From NCBI GenBank assembly GCA_002269645.1, contig NIVC01002896.1, positions 67,366-131,365 of the forward strand: a DNA stretch of 64,000 nucleotides, in the 5' to 3' direction. The notes below the pieces were generated by a model. The model was given only the letters and a program-made list of their open reading frames with translations, searched no databases and had not been told where the DNA came from. The stretch is from Macrostomum lignano (lineage: Eukaryota). Made by a program: the position numbers and the translations under genes. This document shows positions 11,141-23,990 of this stretch, in pieces (position 1 is the stretch's first letter; each line of letters opens with the position of its first letter).

Positions 11141-13167
11141 CTAGAGGCCTACTTTTTATTTTAGATTACTATTTTCTTAGTTGGCTAGACAACTAGTGGC
11201 TCAAGTTGCCTGAGACATCACCTATGTACACAATAAGCTTCCAATATAGCAATGCCTCAGGGTAGTTAGGTCGTAGGTCAAATTGGTAACAAGACATTTT
11301 AGTAATAATAACTTTGGTAACAACTTGGGACATTTTGATTATACCAATGGTCAATTTAGTAACAAACTTTTTAGGTATGCAGTCATTTTGTCTGCTGCCT
11401 TTTTATCTGCTCGCAGACAAAATGATTATTAAAAAGAAAAAGTAAAGTATAGATATATAGGCCTAACTTGTCAAGCTATTTTTTGACAAAATTTTATGAC
11501 AATAGTAGCCAGACAGGTAGTTTGCAGTTAAATATGATCATGATTGGCTGGCTATTATGAGCATTGTTATGATCCTTGGCCCCACCCCCATCTAATGATA
11601 ATAATGCATTTGCTATCCTATTGCAAAGTTTATTCATAATGAACAAAAAGTTAGTATATAGGTCGAGTCAAGTCGATGTTTGGTGGTCTCTTGGGTAATA
11701 TTTTTAGATAAATTTGTATTTTTAAAAATGATTTTGTTATCTTAGCTTTAGGTATTTTAAGATATACAGTATATATAATCCTTTTAATTGGTAGACAAAA
11801 TAACTGCATTGCATTTTTGCAGACAAAAGAGTAGTAGACAAACTGGCAGCAGATAAAACGACCATCAACCACTTTTTATACTTGATTTTACTATTTTCCA
11901 TTGTTAAATATTGATATATAGCTGTTGATAAACTTTTATTAAAGTTATAAAGGTCTGTATGATAGGCCTATCAATTATCACTTTTTAATACATTCTGAAA
12001 CAAAACACTACAGTGCACACTTGCATTATAAGCACAAGCATTAGCTATGGGTGCACATTGCATGGCAGTGGTTCTTTTTTCCTGGTTGGAAGTCTTCACT
12101 GGCTTTGCAATTTAAGGTCACAGCATAGTATATGTAGATTATGCTGAGTGCATCTGTAATATTCATGATCATCATACCTATAGTAAAAACCATAGCTATA
12201 TGAGTATCCTTTTGAATAAACAAAAATGACTGAACCTCCAATTGCTTCCATTTTGAAGTACCTCAAATGTCTCTAGACAATTGTGATCAGTGATTGGTTA
12301 AACATCTAGGTCTTCAATCTATAAATCAGCAATAGTAGCAACTTGAATTTTGGCATTGCTCTTTACCTCATCACTTGCTACTACCAGCAGCAGCAACTTT
12401 AAATTTAGCATCACTTTCTATATGTACCTCCTGAGTAATGCAGATCATATAGCACTAAGAAAAATAACTCTTCATCATTTTTTTATACAATGCAGCAGAA
12501 ATGAATAATGCTCCTAAAAAAACAAAAACAATTTAGCAATTTACCCTTTTTCCACATACCCTTTCTCCCCTCTTCTTTCTTTCCCTTCTGTCTTCCCCCC
12601 TATCTTTTCTATTCCCTCTTCATTCTCTCCTCTACCTTCTTCCTTTCTACCCTCTTTTTCCCTCTTCCATTCTAAGAGTGAATACATGCTAATTTGATAG
12701 AATGCAGAATATAAAGCATAAACTTACTACTCAAACACAGTTGATGGAACCAATGTTTGCAATGTCATAACTTAGTGCAGGTTGCTCATTAGTTACTGCT
12801 CTGACATATGCTAGATAGACATCTTCAACTTCCATTAGACAATTAGTTAATGAGCTGGTATACTTTAGCTAGCTAGTTGCTTTTTAGATGCAAAGAAGAT
12901 AAAGTTGATATTCTTGATAGTTAAAGAGTAAATATATTGGTATATGGTCTTGTGTTCAATTGCTTCTATACAAATATAGATATAGGATATACACGCAATA
13001 TATAATACATATAATGTGATGGCCATCTTAACCAATATGATATATCACAGAAGTTCAATTGCATAGAAAGAAATAAAGTAAGCAATTTTGATAGACCACA
13101 TCCATTCAGATTACCTAGAATAACTTACTTCTATGATTCATAGGTTTAGCAGGCTGCAACAAGTAAT

Positions 13168-13563
13168 TGTAATGCAATGATCAAGTGCCAACAATAGCAT
13201 AGCAATTTTCTTACATAGTATAATTATCATTTTCACTTAATTGTGTTACTAAATGAACTAATAGGTGTTATTTATTTACTAAATATAGAAGACCAAGTTT
13301 GTATGACTTATATTCATATGTTTGATACAATTTGATACAATATGATATAACATAGATATATTATAGATACAGATACTATGTTATATCATATTGTATCAAA
13401 TTGTATCAAACATATGAATATAAGTCATACAAACTTGGTCTTCTATATTTAGTAAATAAATAACACTTATTAGTTCATTTAGTAACACAATTAAGTGAAA
13501 GTGATAATTATACTATGTAAGAAAATTGCTATGCTATTGTTGGCACTTGATCATTGCATTACA
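13168..13563. repeat. Near-perfect inverted repeat (188-bp arms, 20-nt loop)
   Basis: Arms 13168-13355 and 13376-13563 with only two mismatches (left positions 13230 and 13264). Confidence 0.95.
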
Positions 13564-13599
13564 TATTTCACATAGTCACAAGCTATGACCATAAGTTTA

Positions 13600-14660
13600 C
13601 TTGCTTCAATATCAATGTTAAATGCTTCAATGTCAATAGAAACTGTATGCCAACAATTTATCTTGCTCAATTAACTAACTTAACCATAATCTATATTCTA
13701 TAAGGTGCATAGTGGTGGACTTTTATAGAAAAAGTGTGGATGTAGTCTTATATAAAAGAAAAATATTATTTTGACAAATATGTCAAAACCAACTTTCAAG
13801 GAGTTGCACTCATTTAATTATCACTTGAATGCAATCCTCTATTATAAGGTTAAAATTTCCAAGGGGTCTTTAGCTCGTATAAGAGATATGCTTCCCAAGT
13901 CAGACAATACTTCTTGTCCATCTTGTCTAGCAGTTAGAGCCAGCTAGCTCAAATATATAGCACCAACCATTATCCTGCTTATTGATATTTTGTTATATAT
14001 AGTAGGCCTTCTTTATTAGTAGATAGTCAATGTTTGAAGGCAGCAGCTTCTGAGCTCCATTGTTGTGCCATTGATGCTAGTCATAGAAGTAGTCCTTGTC
14101 ATCTAAAATAATGTTTTTAGTTGATCAAGTTAATAACTGGTAATATATTGTGGGTAACTAAATAATGTATAGTTCACTTACAGTTCTCTTTGTCAATAGC
14201 AAACAAGAAAACATCTTTACAATTTGGTCTAACAGGAGGCTTGTCAATACAGACAGATTTGTCTAATTTACATAAAATATCATATGCCTCAACTGGAATC
14301 AGTATATAGTGACCTTTAGAAGTATAATAGTCATTGACACTGAGAATGAAATTTTAACTCCTAGCATTCTTACAATTCATTTCAAGTCAAAAGAGCTACT
14401 TGACTTTTGCAAAAAAGCCTGTTTTTCAAATATTTAATCCATTTAGCATCAAGCAATTTCTTAGCCAAGATACATGTACTGGCACAGGAAAATTTCTAAT
14501 TGAACATTACAAGTTCAAAGAAAATTGGTTGAGCTGTTTTTTCTAATTGATCACATAGTCATCTAAAATTCTAAACAAACTTTTAGCACTTGTAACTTTT
14601 GAACCATAACAGAACAGTTTTTGCGCTTCTATGTGTTTAGTTATTTTAGAATTCATAAGC
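13600..14660 (-). pseudogene. Heavily mutated spliced gene relic with a CG-1-like (WRKY-GCM1 fold, MULE-associated) DNA-binding domain
   Basis: The minus strand reads EAYDIL..DKSVCIDKPPVRPN / VFLFAIDKEN|YDKDYFYD*HQWHNNG..LP..IKKAYYI across one frameshift and a 79-nt GTAAGT..TTTTAG intron (14181-14103). Many in-frame stops. Confidence 0.45.
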
Positions 14661-17600
14661 AGCTATGTGAAAAATATAAAACTAGAAGTTTGACACTTCT
14701 GGTTACATAATTCTAGTTAAATAATACATAATTAAGCTAAGGGGGCTAAATAGGAACATTATATCATGAGCAAGGTATATTATTATGAGCAAAACATTAT
14801 AATGAGCATGGGTGACTAAATATAATGAGCATAATATAATGAACAAGACATTATACTACAAAAGTAGCATGTAAACAATAGAATGTAATATTATAAGCAA
14901 TGGCATGTGAGCATAATAAAATAAGCAATAACATAAAAATATTTTGCAACTTTATTTTACTCAAAATGTCAGTTCAATTGAAATTAGTTTATGCTAAACT
15001 CCATTGACTGGCTATCTTGTACTGGTCAATTGACTTCTATTACAGTCTAGCACATTTCATGTTGCAGCTGAAGCTGCCAGTAAGCCTAGCTGGACTGCAT
15101 GATCAATTGCAGTGCATATATTACCACTTGCTTTTAGGTGACTATGCATTGTTCATGTGAAAATGAGGCTCTTAGCTCTTGGAACACCATCTTTGGTTCA
15201 CTCATCTAGGGTAAAAACCCTTTGCCATCTAATCGTAGTAGTGCAATTCACATAAAATAGATCTTCAGCTGGCCAATCAGTTGTTTGTAGCTTTCATGTT
15301 GCAAGCCTAGGATCTCTGCTAGAATGGCCTAATAGTTTTCCCCAAATGCCATCTTATTTTGTTGGGCTGGTCACTGGTTCCTATGCACCCCTAGTGACCA
15401 GTGTGCTTTTCTGCTTGCCTTTTCAATATTGCCAGGCAAGTGTTGGAATTGTGTGGCACCAGAGTCATCTTTATGACAAACAATTTCAGAGCTGGCCACT
15501 TACTCTCTTGAATGTTTACCACCCCTCTTGGCTATTGGGTGTCCATCACCTCTTTTGAGGTATGTACCACCTCTTCTTTTGTTCTAGAAAGATGAATATA
15601 GCATTGGCAGTACCATTTTAAGCAATTGTCATATTTCACTTGCAATTTACATATAGTAACTGATAATATTTCAATTAATAACAAAAAATAGAAACATAAT
15701 AGTAGTTAAGATGTGATGAGATGGCTAAAACATGTGTTTTCCAATGTAATGTCACACAAGTTGAATTGAGCATCTAGCATTCAAAACCAGGCTTATGCAT
15801 TGTTCCTATTAACAGATAGGACTTTAAGACTTATCATAGCAAGGGTGGATTCCTTGTTTAGTATAGGCTGTTTAACTTGTATTGATGCAGGTAAAGCCAC
15901 AAATGATGAAACATGTTGTTTGTCGCAGTTGGTCAAGTCAATTGTTTGGTAGTCATTTAGATGCCTCATAGGACCAGTTGTAGCAATTTAATTAAATGAG
16001 TGAGGCAGAAGGGTGGTTCTAATTCGTGTTTGTTTTGTTTTGTTATCAAGAAGTCAGAAAAAGAGGTGCTTATCAGCTAGGTTTGCCTGGTGGATATTTA
16101 TATATATATATAGAGAGAAAATAATGTTGTTCTAGAAATATGTTTGGGATTATAATAAAGATACAATATTATACTTGTAACATGTTTTGTAACTATAATG
16201 AGCAAACACATTTAATAATAATATGGCTAATAATTAAACTATAAAGTAAATAAAGTTAAAGCATAGAAATAGTTTGTTATGGAAATTTCTAGAGAAATGT
16301 AGAAACTTCTTTGACTTAATTTGGAAATTTTACTTTAGAATATATGAAAGGAAAGGAAACTTATAGAAGTTAGGGACATTGGAATAATGCTAACTAGCAA
16401 GATGCTACAGTTGACTGCAACTTACCCAGTCAATATTTTTGCTAGTGGAAAGGACATCTATTTCTTCTTCTACAATGCCAACATAAATGTTATTTATTTA
16501 TTAGTGTTTTAAATATTAACTTTTGTCAAAGTTTAAATATCTTTTCATTATTTATCATAGTGGCCAAGTTGAAGCAAAGATTCATCTTCAGTGGGACCTA
16601 GAAAGCAAAAAGGTAAATTATGACTCCACAATTTTTTCTATCCTATTGAAGTGCATGCTTTACTTTGATGATTCTAAACTTGTCCCAATAGTAAATATGC
16701 CTAATGGAGCTGATTAAAAAATAGAAAATAGTACTTATATAAAACTAATTCATGATTAAATATACAATTAATCAGTCACATATTAGCTGCAAACAAAACA
16801 ATAATATTAATTAGGTATAAAAATGTTTTTGAGCACTTAGGTAACATTTGCTTTATGTTTAAACAAAAAGAGATATCTAGATCTTGCCACCTTAATGACA
16901 TATGGGTAGTTAGGTTCAGAATTGAAATAGTATGCTATTTAAGTAATACAAATACAAAACAAAATTTGCAGTAATACAAAATTACTGCAAAAATACCTGA
17001 TAGTTTAGATACTAATTTGGACTTCATTTTCTTGTTGCCATTGAGTAATTGATCAACTATGTAATGCATCAAACAAACAACTATCATGCTGATCTTTAGC
17101 TGTAGCAATTAATGGCTTTACAACCTGAGAGATGTCATGTGTTAATAAAACTTTCTCTTAAAACTAGTAAATGTATAACAATATAACAATATAATAATTT
17201 ACTATAACAACTAAAGACAAGCATAACTTTTGGCAATACTTATGCAGCTGCCCTAAGTAGAAGTGAGTTGCAATCATAGTGCTAAATAGGAAATTGATCA
17301 TATTTCTCCTCTGTTGAACTATTGAAGTATTCAATATTGATATTTGATGACAACAAGGTTTAGATAATTTTACATGCTTTGATCACTCCAATCTCTATGC
17401 ATCTACCTTTCTTCTATTTCTTCATTATTGCTAATGATCATCATTGCCTTTATCATGTTCTATACCATGACCATTTGCCTCTATTTACTTACTGTATAGA
17501 TACTTAGTTGTCACATTGCCACTTAATGGCTATTCTCATATTATCAGTGGTACCCTTGTCATGGCTGGCTTTAGTGAAGCCCCTTTGCTAGCAATAGATA

Positions 17601-18799
17601 CCAATTTGCCATAGACTTGCTTAAGAACTTTATGTAAGGCTAATAAAAATTGTCTAAAATAGGTTATATATATATAGCAATTGGTATTGCTCTTTGCTAT
17701 AGCTTAATAAAAGAAAAGCAAATGACATGTCTTACTAGTCTATATGCTATAGGTGACACTAATACCCTAGTGACTTGTCACCTGTTTGCAATCCAAAGTA
17801 GGTTGGTTATATCTCATTTGTACTTTTTCCATATACCTTGCTAAAGTCAATAAGTACCACTAGGGGATACATACTTAGCCAAAATTTATCATGCAAAATT
17901 TGCATTCCATAAAGCAGATAATTGCTTCTGCCATTGATTTTTTGGGTTTATGATGGCAACTTGCAAAAAAGTTAGGTAGGGGTGATCAGTTTGTCATCTA
18001 GTTGGCTTCAAGTATTTTAAATGTTTGCTTGGCATGTCCAATAGGTTGTATATTTGAGTGCAGTGCAAAGCTCCTTGTGGCACAAGCTTTGCTTGGATAT
18101 GTATTGCTTTTTCAGTTTGGTTGTTTGAAGTGATATGACAATATTTTTACTTTGTTATCAAATTAGCTTGTAATTCCCTATTCATGTTTTACAACATAAG
18201 ATATAAGGTATTTTTATAACAAAACCAAAACTGTTAAAAGTGCTACACATTTCTAGACTAAGTTTAGGTTACAAATGTTTTTGAAAATAAAGCTACTATT
18301 GATTTTTCCATTGACAGGATTTTTGAAATGTAAGACAAATATATATAACATGATATTTATGAGTGAAAAATAGAAGAAAGTTAAGAAAAGCACAATTGAT
18401 TTAAGCTTGTATATTGATATATTATAGTATTCTGTTTCACACCTTTGCCATACATTTCTGTTACAATTTTTTAAAATAGAACTTGCAATATCCATCTTGC
18501 TCTAGCACAAATCAACACAAACAACATCTAGTTAGAAAAGCAAAAAATCTGATGAGATTTTTACATGTGCCCTCTTGTAAGTTAAAGGCCACATGTAATT
18601 GCTATAGACTAAGACTGAATGGTCACTTCTGTGCATTTCTTTAGTGGAAGATCATCTAGCATGGATGAAGAAATAACCCTGATCACAATAATGTACACAA
18701 TAAGAAGGAAAAAGATGCTCTCAATCAGCCCTAATATGTCTATGGCTAAACTTTTCATTTAATTGCACAAAAAGATTTTCAGCCTTGGAACACAAGATT

Positions 18800-19555
18800 T
18801 AAGTGTCCATTGCTGGGGGTGGCATTTAAGGGTCCATGGCTGAGGGTGGCATTTAAGGGTCCATTGCTGAGGTCGGCATTTAAGAATCCATGGCTGATAG
18901 TGGCATTTAAAAATCCATGGCTGAGGGTGGCATTTAAGGATCCATGCCTGAGGGTGGCATTTAAGGATCCATGGCTGAGAGGGGGTGTTAGGGTCCATTG
19001 CACTGAGGGTGGCATTTAAGGATCCATGGCTGAGGGTGGCATTTAAGGATCCAAGGCTGAGAGGGGGTGTTAGGGTCCATTGCACTGAGGGTGGCATTTA
19101 AGGAGCCATGGCTGAGGGTGGCATTTAAGGATCCATGGCTGAGGGTGGCATTTAAGGATCCATGGCTAAGGGTGGCATTAAAGGATCCATGGCTGAGGGT
19201 GGCATTTAAGGATCCATGGCTGAGGGTGGCATTTAAGGATCCATGGCTAAGGGTGGCATTAAAGGATCCATGGCTGAGGGTGGCATTTAAGGATCCATGG
19301 CTGAGGGTGGCATTAAAGGATCCATGGCTGAGGGTGGCATTTAAGGATCCATGGCTGAGGGTGGCATTTAAGGATCCATGGCTGAGGGTGGCATTTAAGG
19401 ATCCATGCCTGAGGGTGGCATTTAAGGATCCATGGCTGAGGGTGGCATTTAAGGATCCATGCCTGAGGGTGGCATTTAAGGATCCATGCCTGAGGGTGGC
19501 ATTTAAGGATCCATGGCTGAGGGTGGCATTTAAGGATCCATGCCTGAGGGTGGAA
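18800..19555. repeat. 27-bp minisatellite (GGATCCATGGCTGAGGGTGGCATTTAA)n
   Basis: Tandem copies seen directly; it translates as RVAFKDPWL repeats. Confidence 0.95.
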
Positions 19556-19678
19556 TCACACTGCCATTTAGCATCCTCAGTCCGAATTCGAAATGCCGAA
19601 ATTGAAGTTGATTTTTCACTGACACGCGCTATGACAAAATTAAAATCTATATCAATGCACGCGCCAAAGCTTGCAGCA

Positions 19679-22628
19679 ATGAGGCTGATCACTCCCGAGA
19701 TCTCCTGGCACGAGACTACGCCAATTTATTCGTGCGACATTCAGCAGACATTGAACACGGATTCTAACGGCGCCAACGGCTGGTACCGCCTAGCAACAGG
19801 CGGTAGGGACAATCGAGTCCAGCTGTGGAAGCTGCCCGCCGCGGGCGACGCCGTCGTAGAGTTTTTATCGTCGCTGCGTCGACACGAAAAGCCGGTCAAT
19901 GTGGTCCGATTCTCGCCAGACCAGCGCCTGTTGGCCAGCGGCTCTGACGATGCCACCGTGCTGTTGTGGGCCCGGCAGGAGGTCCAGCCTGAGCTCCCCG
20001 CTCCCTCGGCAGCGGACGAGGATGACCTCGTGTGCAAGGAGACTTGGACTGTTTGGCGGGCGCTGCGAGCTCACTTGGAGGATGTGTACGATCTGGGATG
20101 GATGCCAGACTCCATGGTGAGTTTGGCTTAACTCATTGATCCATGAGATTTTGAGTACTCATCCTCAAATTTGATCCATGAGATTTTGAGTACTCATCCT
20201 CAAATTTGATCCATGGGATTTCGAGTACTCATCCTCATATTTGATCTGTTAGATTTTGAGTACTCATCCTCATATTTGATATGTGAGATTTTGAGTACTC
20301 ATCCTCATATTTGATCTATTAGATTCTGAGTACTCATCCTCAAATTTGATCCGTGAGATTTAGAAGCCCCAACCCTCTATTCAATAGAATCTCACGCATT
20401 GGCTACCAGTCAAGCGAATAGATTATCAGTGATAAATGAGTGAACCTTAACACCCCCCGCAGGGCCTCGTGTCCGGCTCAGTTGACCGGTCCATTGTCCG
20501 CTGGAACCTGGCCAAAGAGCAGCAGCGCACAATTGTACGCGAGCACGCCCACTTTGTCCAGGGCATCGCCTGCGATCCCCTCGGACGATTGGTGGCCACC
20601 CAGAGCTCGGATCGGACCGTGCGAGTCTACGGTTGCAGCGCCAGGGCCGTTGTGATAGCCAAGTGCGTCAGGAACACTGAGCAGCAGCAGCAGCAGCAGC
20701 AGCAATCCAACAATTATCGCCTATTCGCAGACGACAGCTGGAAATCATTCTTTCGCAGGCTGTCATTCTCGCCAGACGGAAAAGTCCTGGCAGCCCCGGC
20801 CGGCCTGCATTGGAATGATAATTATTGCGTTCACCTGTTCGGCAGGGCCAAGCTGGACAAGCCGTTCGCGTCCCTGGTTACCGGCCAGTCCGCGCCCGTT
20901 GCTGTGCGTTTCTGTCAGCGCCGATTTGCGCTGGCTTATCATCCGCAACTGGAGCTGGGCAGGCGCAGGATTCAGCAGGATCTGGTTAAGCTGCCGTATA
21001 GATGGGTAAGGCTTTGGTGCGCTTTTATGAGGGCTGAGGTAGCTATGATTGATCAGCTGACACTTCACAAATCCTTTGCTAATGCTGGGATTTAAGTACT
21101 TTGGTGAGGGCGAGATATGAGGATTTAGTTAGTGAAGGATTTCGTTAGGGAAGGATTTAGATAGTGAAAAATTTAGTTTGTTAAAGATTCAGTTAGTGAA
21201 GGATTTAGTTAGTGAAGCATTTAGTTAGTGAGAGTGAGATTTAAGGATTTAGTTAGTGATGGTGAGATTTAAGGATTTGGTTAGTGAGAGTGAGATTTAA
21301 GGATTTAGTTAGTGAATGAGAGATTTAAGGATTTAGTTAGTGATGGTGAGATTTAAGGATTTAGTTAGTGATGGTGAGATTTAAGGATTTAGTTAGTGAT
21401 GGTGAGATTTAAGGATTTGGTTAGTGATGGTGAGATTTAAGGATTTGGTTAGTGATGGTGAGATTTAAGGATTTAGTTAGTGAATGAGAGATTTAAGGAT
21501 TTAGTTAGTGATGGTGAGATTTAAGGATTTGGTTAGTGATGGTGAGATTTAAGGATTTGGTTAGTGATAGTGAGATTTAAGGATTTAGTTAGTGAATGAG
21601 AGATTTAAGGATTTAGTTAGTGAGGGTAGGATTTAAGGATTTAGTTAGTAAGGGTGAGATTTAAGGAATTGTTAGTGAGGGTGAGATTTAGGGATTTAGT
21701 TAGTGAGGGTGAGATTTAAGGATTTGGTTAGTGAGGGTGAGATTTAAGGATTTAGTTAGTGAGGGTGAGATTTAAGGATTTAGTTAGTGAGGGTGAGATT
21801 TAAGGATTTGGTTAGTGAGGGTGAGATTTAAGGATTTAGATAGTTGAGTATGAGCTTCGAGAACTCGCTAGCTATCGTGGGTGAGATCTAAGCATCTCGT
21901 AGTCAAGATTCCACTCTAAGCGGGAGCTTCATCCCAACCCAACGGGCAGGTGTTCGCCGTGGTGCTGGAATCCGGGGTGCTCCTGTGCGACACCCAGCAT
22001 CCGTTCCCCATCGGGGCGCTGCGCAACCTGCACTACCAGGCACTGAACGATGCCGCCTGGTCGGCAGACGGCAGCCAGCTGGTGCTGGCTAGCACAGACG
22101 GCTACTGTTCCATTGTGCGCTTCGGCGAAGGCGAACTCGGCCAGCCGTTTGCCGAGCCGAGAAGGAGAATCTGGACGCTCCGCAGACTCCACTGGCGCCT
22201 CCGCCGCCGCCGCCTCCAACGCCGCAGTCGTCGACAAAGCCGCCTCAGGCGCCGCCGGCCACCCCGCCAGCTGCTGCCGTCGCCGCCTCTTCCGCTGCTG
22301 CGCCCGCAGCCTCACCTGGCGACCCGCTGACACCGCGGGTCAGAAGCGTCGGGTGCCGTTCGTGACGCTGGCGACGAGCCTGGATGCAGCGTCGGCTGGC
22401 GCTGGCGCCAATTCGGCGCCTGGAACGCCGACAACAGCGGCGCCAATGACGACAAGTGTAGCTGCCGCCGCTGCACCATCGACAGTTGCCTCGACATCGG
22501 CCGCCGGCACTTCCGACAATGTCGACAGTCCGTTGCGCAAGAAGCGCCGCGTGTCGTTTTTCACTATCAGCTCCTGCGTCGGAAACGGCGGTGGCGGCGG
22601 TGGTGGGAGCGGCAGCGAGGGCCAGTGA
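19679..22628 (+). CDS. CHAF1B: Chromatin assembly factor 1 subunit B (CAF-1 p60, WD40); exons 19679-20116, 20463-21005, 21950-22628, with frameshift(s) in exon 3
   Basis: MRLITPEISWH.., HEKPVNVVRFSP, HLEDVYDL.W, HFVQGIACDP, FFRRLSFSPDG, LPYRW|VFAV, NLHYQALNDAAWSADG, STDGYCS. All junctions are GT-AG, phase 0. The C-terminal KRRV motifs are in a different frame. Confidence 0.95.
20138..20365. repeat. 35-bp minisatellite in CHAF1B intron 1
   Basis: About 6 copies of TTGATCCATGAGATTTTGAGTACTCATCCTCAAAT. Confidence 0.9.
21120..21840. repeat. 28-bp minisatellite in CHAF1B intron 2
   Basis: Tandem GATTTAAGGATTTAGTTAGTGATGGTGA and variants. Confidence 0.95.
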
Positions 22629-23249
22629 TATGCTTAGTGTTTTATCCGAGTGGTCGGTATTTATATGTATATAATACATATTTGTGTATGTATGAGACTT
22701 ATTAGTGAGCCAACATCTGGCTTCAGCCTGCGGGTATTAGGAGAAAACCACTTAGACTGGTTATTATGCATAGGCCATTCGCAAAATATTTTCCTGCAAA
22801 GTGCACGATCAACATTGAAGTCCATATAATACTTGTTTTCCGCATAAATTTAGTTTACAAAACTCGAAACAAACGCTCAATTGCAAGTAGTTAAAGCATT
22901 TAAATAATCAATTTGTGTCTAATATTTATGACCAATGCATACTCTGCAGCATTTTAAATAGTGCCCATTTGTAGTGAGCTAATCCTTTGGTTAGTATGTT
23001 TATAGTCTACACATAGTCAAGCTTTTCTTACCCCTAATTATAGTGCATCGAATTCTTTTATGTATTTATTGACTTATTACTTTTTCTGTACCCCATCTAC
23101 CACACCACTGTCACGGCTGCCCAGTTGCGGGCCTATGAAATAAAATATTTCATGTCAATTTATTTTTCTATTTGCGCTACTCACTCTCCCGCTGCCCGTG
23201 GTGGCCAAGCAAAAATGCCATTTGAGTGTTATCGTGTGTGCCTACTTTC

Positions 23250-23990
23250 TGCATTCTCATGTCACTGGGGAGGCATTCTCATGTCACTGTAGCGGCATTC
23301 TCATGTCACTGTAGCGGCATTCTCATGTCACTGTAGCGGCATTCTCATGTCACTGGGGAGGCATTCTCATGTCACTGGGGAGGCATTCTCATGTCACTGG
23401 GGAGGCATTCTCATGTCACTGTAGCGGCATTCTCATGTCACTGGGGAGGCATTCTCATGTCATTGTAGCGGCATTCTCATGTCACTGGGGAGGCATTCTC
23501 ATGTCACTGGGGAGGCATTCTCATTTCACTGTAGCGGCATTCTCATGTCACTGTAGCGGCATTCTCATGTCATTGTAGCGGCATTCTCATGTCACTGGGG
23601 AGGCATTCTCATGTCACTGGGGAGGCATTCTCATGTCACTGTAGCGGCATTCTCATGTCACTGTAGCGGCATTCTCATGTCACTGTAGCGGCATTCTCAT
23701 GTCACTGTAGCGGCATTCTCATGTCACTGTAGCGGCATTCTCATGTCACTGTAGCGGCATTCTCATGTCACTGTAGCGGCATTCTCATGTCACTGTACGG
23801 CATTCTCATGTCACTGTAGCGGCATTCTCATGTCACTGTAGCGGCATTCTCATGTCACTGTACGGCATTCTCATGTCACTGTAGCGGCATTCTCATGTCA
23901 CTGTAGCGGTATTCTCATGTCACTGTAGCGGCATTCTCATATCACTGTAGCAGAATTCTCATGTCACTGTAGCAGAATTCTCATGTCACT
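23250..23990. repeat. 22-bp minisatellite (GTAGCGGCATTCTCATGTCACT)n
   Basis: Tandem copies with a GGGGAGGC variant. Confidence 0.95.

Noticed and set aside
10480-18760. Alternative genetic code (TAA/TAG=Gln) or an endogenous virus
   Set aside because: TGA stops and frameshifts also occur, a spliceosomal intron is present, no viral hallmark gene was recognised, and CpG loss explains the pattern more simply. A virus is not formally excluded.
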